Source: a virus
Lineage: Duplodnaviria; Caudoviricetes
Reading direction: 5' to 3' (one strand)
Length of the DNA stretch: 49,314 nucleotides
Virus record (IMG/VR): IMGVR_UViG_3300049205_000009
Location: 1 to 49,314 of that record
Notes under the pieces: generated by a model
Told to the model about the DNA's origin: nothing
The model's database searches: none
What the model saw: only the letters and a program-made list of their open reading frames with translations
Program-made: the position numbers and the translations under genes
Shown: positions 46,442-49,314 of the stretch, in pieces
How positions within the stretch are numbered: the first letter of the stretch is position 1
Layout: the number at the start of each line of letters is the position of its first letter

Positions 46442-46759
46442 ATGCCAACGACATATTGGGAAGAAGAGTACATATTACCAGAACATCAGAATATTCCAGT
46501 CACTCTTGATAATGCACAGCTCGGTATGAGAGTCGAGAAAGGACTTGATTGGGCTAAACCATCACCTCATGCTTGGTATATTAATGGAATATATACCGAT
46601 GCTATAACTGCTAAAACAGGTATAATTGATGCAATAAGGAATGACAAAGGTGATGCTGGATATGGTTGGGCAAGAGTAACCTGGGATAATGGAAAAACAT
46701 GGTGGTACAGAATTGGATCAGGTGGAATGTATGATCTGTACATTGCAAAAGAAGATTAA
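46442..46759 (+). CDS. MIB/HERC2 domain protein
   Basis: GMRVEKGLDW...G.I...ARVTWDNG...YRIGSGGMYDL matches the G.RV.RG.DW...V.WD.G...YR.G..G.YDL signature. Confidence 0.8.
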   Translation: MPTTYWEEEYILPEHQNIPVTLDNAQLGMRVEKGLDWAKPSPHAWYINGIYTDAITAKTGIIDAIRNDKGDAGYGWARVTWDNGKTWWYRIGSGGMYDLYIAKED

Positions 46760-46777
46760 ACTTTAAATTAAATACCT

Positions 46778-47317
46778 ATGCCTTACCTTGAAAAGTTAGA
46801 AAGTTTAAAACAACCGGGAATTGTATCGTTATTTGAGTACAGCCCAGAGACGGCTAAACCTCTGAGTGAATTAGCTGAACAAATAATGAGAAGATCAACT
46901 CTCAAGCAATATGTAGCTGAATTAATAGCTGCATATGTATCGAAGGAAAATAACTGTGAATTCTGCTATCGTTCACATGTTGAAGCATTTAAAAATGCAA
47001 CACTAGATAGAGAATTAGCTAACAAATTATCAACAAGTCTTAATGCCAATACATTACTAAATGATGTAGATTTATGGCTAAAGAGTTTGTTAATGTTAGC
47101 AAATGATGTAAGACTTAATGTCAAGGCATCAAGACAATCAATTGATTTCTGTAAACATGCTGGTGTAAGAGATGAAGAGATACATGACACTGTACTCATT
47201 ACATCTGCATTCTGTATGTTCAACAGATATGTTAATGGATTAGATACCAAGCCTGCTACTGCTGAACAATATGAGTTCATGGGTAAAAAGCTAGCTAACT
47301 ATGGTTATCTGAAATAA
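46778..47317 (+). CDS. AhpD/carboxymuconolactone decarboxylase family peroxidase-related protein
   Basis: PGI..L..Y.PETAKPL.ELAE, ELIAAYVS..NNCEFCYRSH (CxxCxxxH) and IHDTVLI..AFCMFNRYV.GL. Confidence 0.9.
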   Translation: MPYLEKLESLKQPGIVSLFEYSPETAKPLSELAEQIMRRSTLKQYVAELIAAYVSKENNCEFCYRSHVEAFKNATLDRELANKLSTSLNANTLLNDVDLWLKSLLMLANDVRLNVKASRQSIDFCKHAGVRDEEIHDTVLITSAFCMFNRYVNGLDTKPATAEQYEFMGKKLANYGYLK

Positions 47318-47667
47318 TGAAAAAACAATTTACACTGAACAGAACAGGAACCTTTAGAACAAAATTAAGTGTCTCCAACCAATGTAAAGCTCCCGGTCAT
47401 AAGAAGTACATATACAGTATAAAAGCTGTATGTGGTACAAGACTAGATGAACAGGGATTTGTAATTGATCATGTAAGAGTAGATCATGCAGTACAAACTG
47501 CAACAAAGAAAATCACATCATGTGAACGTCTTTGTGAAGCTATTGCTGCAATGGTCAGGAATACATTCAAAACCCATGGAGCAGTATTACATAAGGTGTA
47601 TGTTACTGTACAACCATTTGGTAAAGATGTGAAAGCGTACATGGAGTACGTCGAAGAGTATAAATAA
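47317..47667 (+). CDS. Degenerate QueD/6-pyruvoyl-tetrahydropterin synthase-like T-fold protein
   Basis: C..PGH..Y...LDEQGFVID...SCERLCEAI...LHKVYVTV follows the QueD layout but lacks several catalytic residues. Confidence 0.55.
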   Translation: MKKQFTLNRTGTFRTKLSVSNQCKAPGHKKYIYSIKAVCGTRLDEQGFVIDHVRVDHAVQTATKKITSCERLCEAIAAMVRNTFKTHGAVLHKVYVTVQPFGKDVKAYMEYVEEYK

Positions 47668-47755
47668 CGCTATGGCAATAGCAAGAGTAGTTGAAAGACT
47701 ACTCTTTTTAAAGCAAAACAAACCGGTGATCAGCGTAATCTGATCAATACATATA

Positions 47756-48139
47756 ATGAAAAAAACAATTATCGGGATGATAGCAATGTTATTGCTATGT
47801 CTCACAATCGCATTTATTCCCAAGGAGAGTTTGCATAAGGAGCAAATCTCCAAGGCTTATGTTGTAAAGAATGTTGATGTTGCGAATGGTGAAATCCTTC
47901 AGGTTGCCGACAATGCTCAAACGCTTGAGTATGGATGGGGAACAGGTACAATTGTAGTACCGCCTGAGGAACAATCAATTCCATTCAGTAATGTACCGCC
48001 TCTTTATAAGTTATTCGGAACCGTGCTTCTATTTGGAGTCTTTCTAATCGCGTTAATATGGTATGCGAAACATGAAGCTCGAAGTTATATGTGTGGCAAT
48101 CCAGGTTATTCTAGTCCCCGCCCAATTAAGCGGGAATAA
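47756..48139 (+). CDS. Membrane protein with signal peptide and C-terminal TM
   Basis: Two hydrophobic segments. Confidence 0.65.
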   Translation: MKKTIIGMIAMLLLCLTIAFIPKESLHKEQISKAYVVKNVDVANGEILQVADNAQTLEYGWGTGTIVVPPEEQSIPFSNVPPLYKLFGTVLLFGVFLIALIWYAKHEARSYMCGNPGYSSPRPIKRE

Positions 48140-48240
48140 TTAATTAAGCGGCTTCACTTTTAAACCCCAAAATACTCAGATTGTTCCATAGGCTTTTTAG
48201 GTTGACTACGGTTGAACGTCTGAGTATTTCTTTACTACCT

Positions 48241-48390
48241 ATGACAAAACATAGAGGAAACCCGAAGAAGAAATTTCCCAAGAGGAAAGTAGAGAGTAGA
48301 GTATCAATCATTGAAAGAAATAACGATGATATATACTTGAACTCTCATTATACATTAGAAGCAAGAGGTCAAAAGCCTCCAAAGTATTAA
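48241..48390 (+). CDS. Small basic peptide (start MTKHRG)
   Basis: ATG at 48241, in frame with the ORF-track call. Confidence 0.5.
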   Translation: MTKHRGNPKKKFPKRKVESRVSIIERNNDDIYLNSHYTLEARGQKPPKY

Positions 48391-48391
48391 G

Positions 48392-48571
48392 ATGGCAACA
48401 GCAGGAAAAATCGGAGGTAAACGTAAAATTTGGTTTACCAAAATGATAGTAGTTGAATATCCAAGTGGTCTGAAGGCTGGTGCAACAGGTGATGGAAAAC
48501 CTAATGCTGCTAAGGAGATCAAAGTAGCGTCAGTTTGGAAAGCAGGAAAATCAAAAAACAAATATAAGTAA
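48392..48571 (+). CDS. Small basic protein, 59 aa (not in ORF track)
   Basis: MATAGKIGGKRKIWFTKMIVVEYPSGLKAG...KNKYK, with TAATG overlap to the next gene. Confidence 0.6.
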   Translation: MATAGKIGGKRKIWFTKMIVVEYPSGLKAGATGDGKPNAAKEIKVASVWKAGKSKNKYK

Positions 48572-48843
48572 TGGAATTCTATACTCCTAAAACCGATAAG
48601 CTAGTAGAATTCCTCAAGAAGGAATTGATGGCTGGAAGAATATCGCCTGATTTAGTTGATACAATTTCAACCTATATGGTTGATTCAACTAAGGAAAGTG
48701 TTGATATATTAAGAAAACTCATTGGAGAAGAGAAGGCTAATGAGATAAATACAGCACGTTGGATTGGATTTGGATTAGGGATTGTAGCTACATTAGTCGT
48801 TGGAGCAGTAGTTGCTGCTGTACGATTAGCGTATTTCGTATAA
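48571..48843 (+). CDS. Protein with C-terminal TM helix
   Basis: WIGFGLGIVATLVVGAVVAAV. Confidence 0.65.
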   Translation: MEFYTPKTDKLVEFLKKELMAGRISPDLVDTISTYMVDSTKESVDILRKLIGEEKANEINTARWIGFGLGIVATLVVGAVVAAVRLAYFV

Positions 48844-48893
48844 AGATTTCACTTAAAACCTAGTGGGGATGTAGGGTTAACCACATAACGATT

Positions 48894-49314
48894 ATGACAG
48901 AACAACAATTGAAAGGGTACGACATTATCCTTCTCATCGACAAGTCAGGTTCAATGGGAACAGAAGACATGCCCGGTGGAATGTCTCGTTGGCAAGCTGC
49001 TCAGGAACAAACAGAAACATGGGCACGGCAAGCTCAGAAGTGGGATGCTGATGGCATCACTGTTGGTTTCTACAACAACAACTTCAAACTCCATGAAAAT
49101 GTTACTCCTCAAAAGGTAACTGATATTTTCAAGGAGCACACTCCGGGTGGAAGTACTGATACTGATAAGCCATTGGAATATGTGCTGAATCAGTACCTGA
49201 CAAATCGGAAAAAGCCAATTCTTGTATTTGTTATCACTGATGGTGGTGCAAATGATGAGAAGCGTGTTGCAAAAGTAATTGCAGATGCAACACAGAAAAT
49301 GAATGCAGATGAAG
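48894..49314 (+). CDS. vWA domain protein (partial, runs off right edge; not in ORF track)
   Basis: MTEQQLKGYDIILLIDKSGSM (MIDAS DxSxS)...SRW...WDADGI...PGGST...VFVITDG. Confidence 0.88.
   Translation, partial: MTEQQLKGYDIILLIDKSGSMGTEDMPGGMSRWQAAQEQTETWARQAQKWDADGITVGFYNNNFKLHENVTPQKVTDIFKEHTPGGSTDTDKPLEYVLNQYLTNRKKPILVFVITDGGANDEKRVAKVIADATQKMNADE

Noticed and set aside
41266-49139. Minus-strand ORFs in the early region (41266, 43383, 44481, 46966, 47587, 48355, 48951)
   Set aside because: They are antisense to well-supported plus-strand genes.
1-49314. Stop-codon reassignment as in some crAss-like phages
   Set aside because: TerL, portal, MCP and muzzle are uninterrupted under the standard code, and TGA and TAG appear as ordinary stops.
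48894-49314. vWA gene as the Ro60 partner of the tRNA mimic
   Set aside because: The vWA domain starts at the N-terminus with no preceding TROVE domain, so it is not Ro60.

Overview
This is a 49 kb fragment of a crAss-like (Crassvirales) podovirus genome. The host is inferred to be an environmental Bacteroidota, possibly Cytophagales or Chitinophagales. The standard genetic code appears to be used. Positions 1-39.3 kb form a minus-strand late block. In transcription order it contains: small accessory genes (HExxH protein, DUF5664 dNTP diphosphohydrolase, a divergent Tad1-like sponge, wHTH, HU/IHF); TerS-like, TerL, portal, scaffold-like, major capsid, ring and auxiliary capsid genes; fibre/adhesin genes; an alpha/beta hydrolase; a metallophosphoesterase; a lysis cassette with a GH19 endolysin; ring and muzzle tail proteins; and cargo (ejection) proteins, the largest of which runs off the left edge. 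At about 39.3 kb the coding strand switches to a plus-strand early/host-takeover region. It holds many small ORFs (lipoproteins, YspA/SLOG, MIB/HERC2 domain, AhpD-like, degenerate QueD-like, vWA) and several structured intergenic RNAs. The main observations are: (1) a circularly permuted tRNA mimic with YrlA-like topology at 41047-41118, inside a cluster of structured RNAs; (2) an Ig-like domain split between the N-terminus of one fibre gene and the C-terminus of the next, near an RcGTA-type spike-base gene; (3) a divergent Tad1-like protein; and (4) an array of TGACA-N3-TGTCA palindromes at the strand switch. All family assignments come from motif recognition by eye, and no database searches were run.
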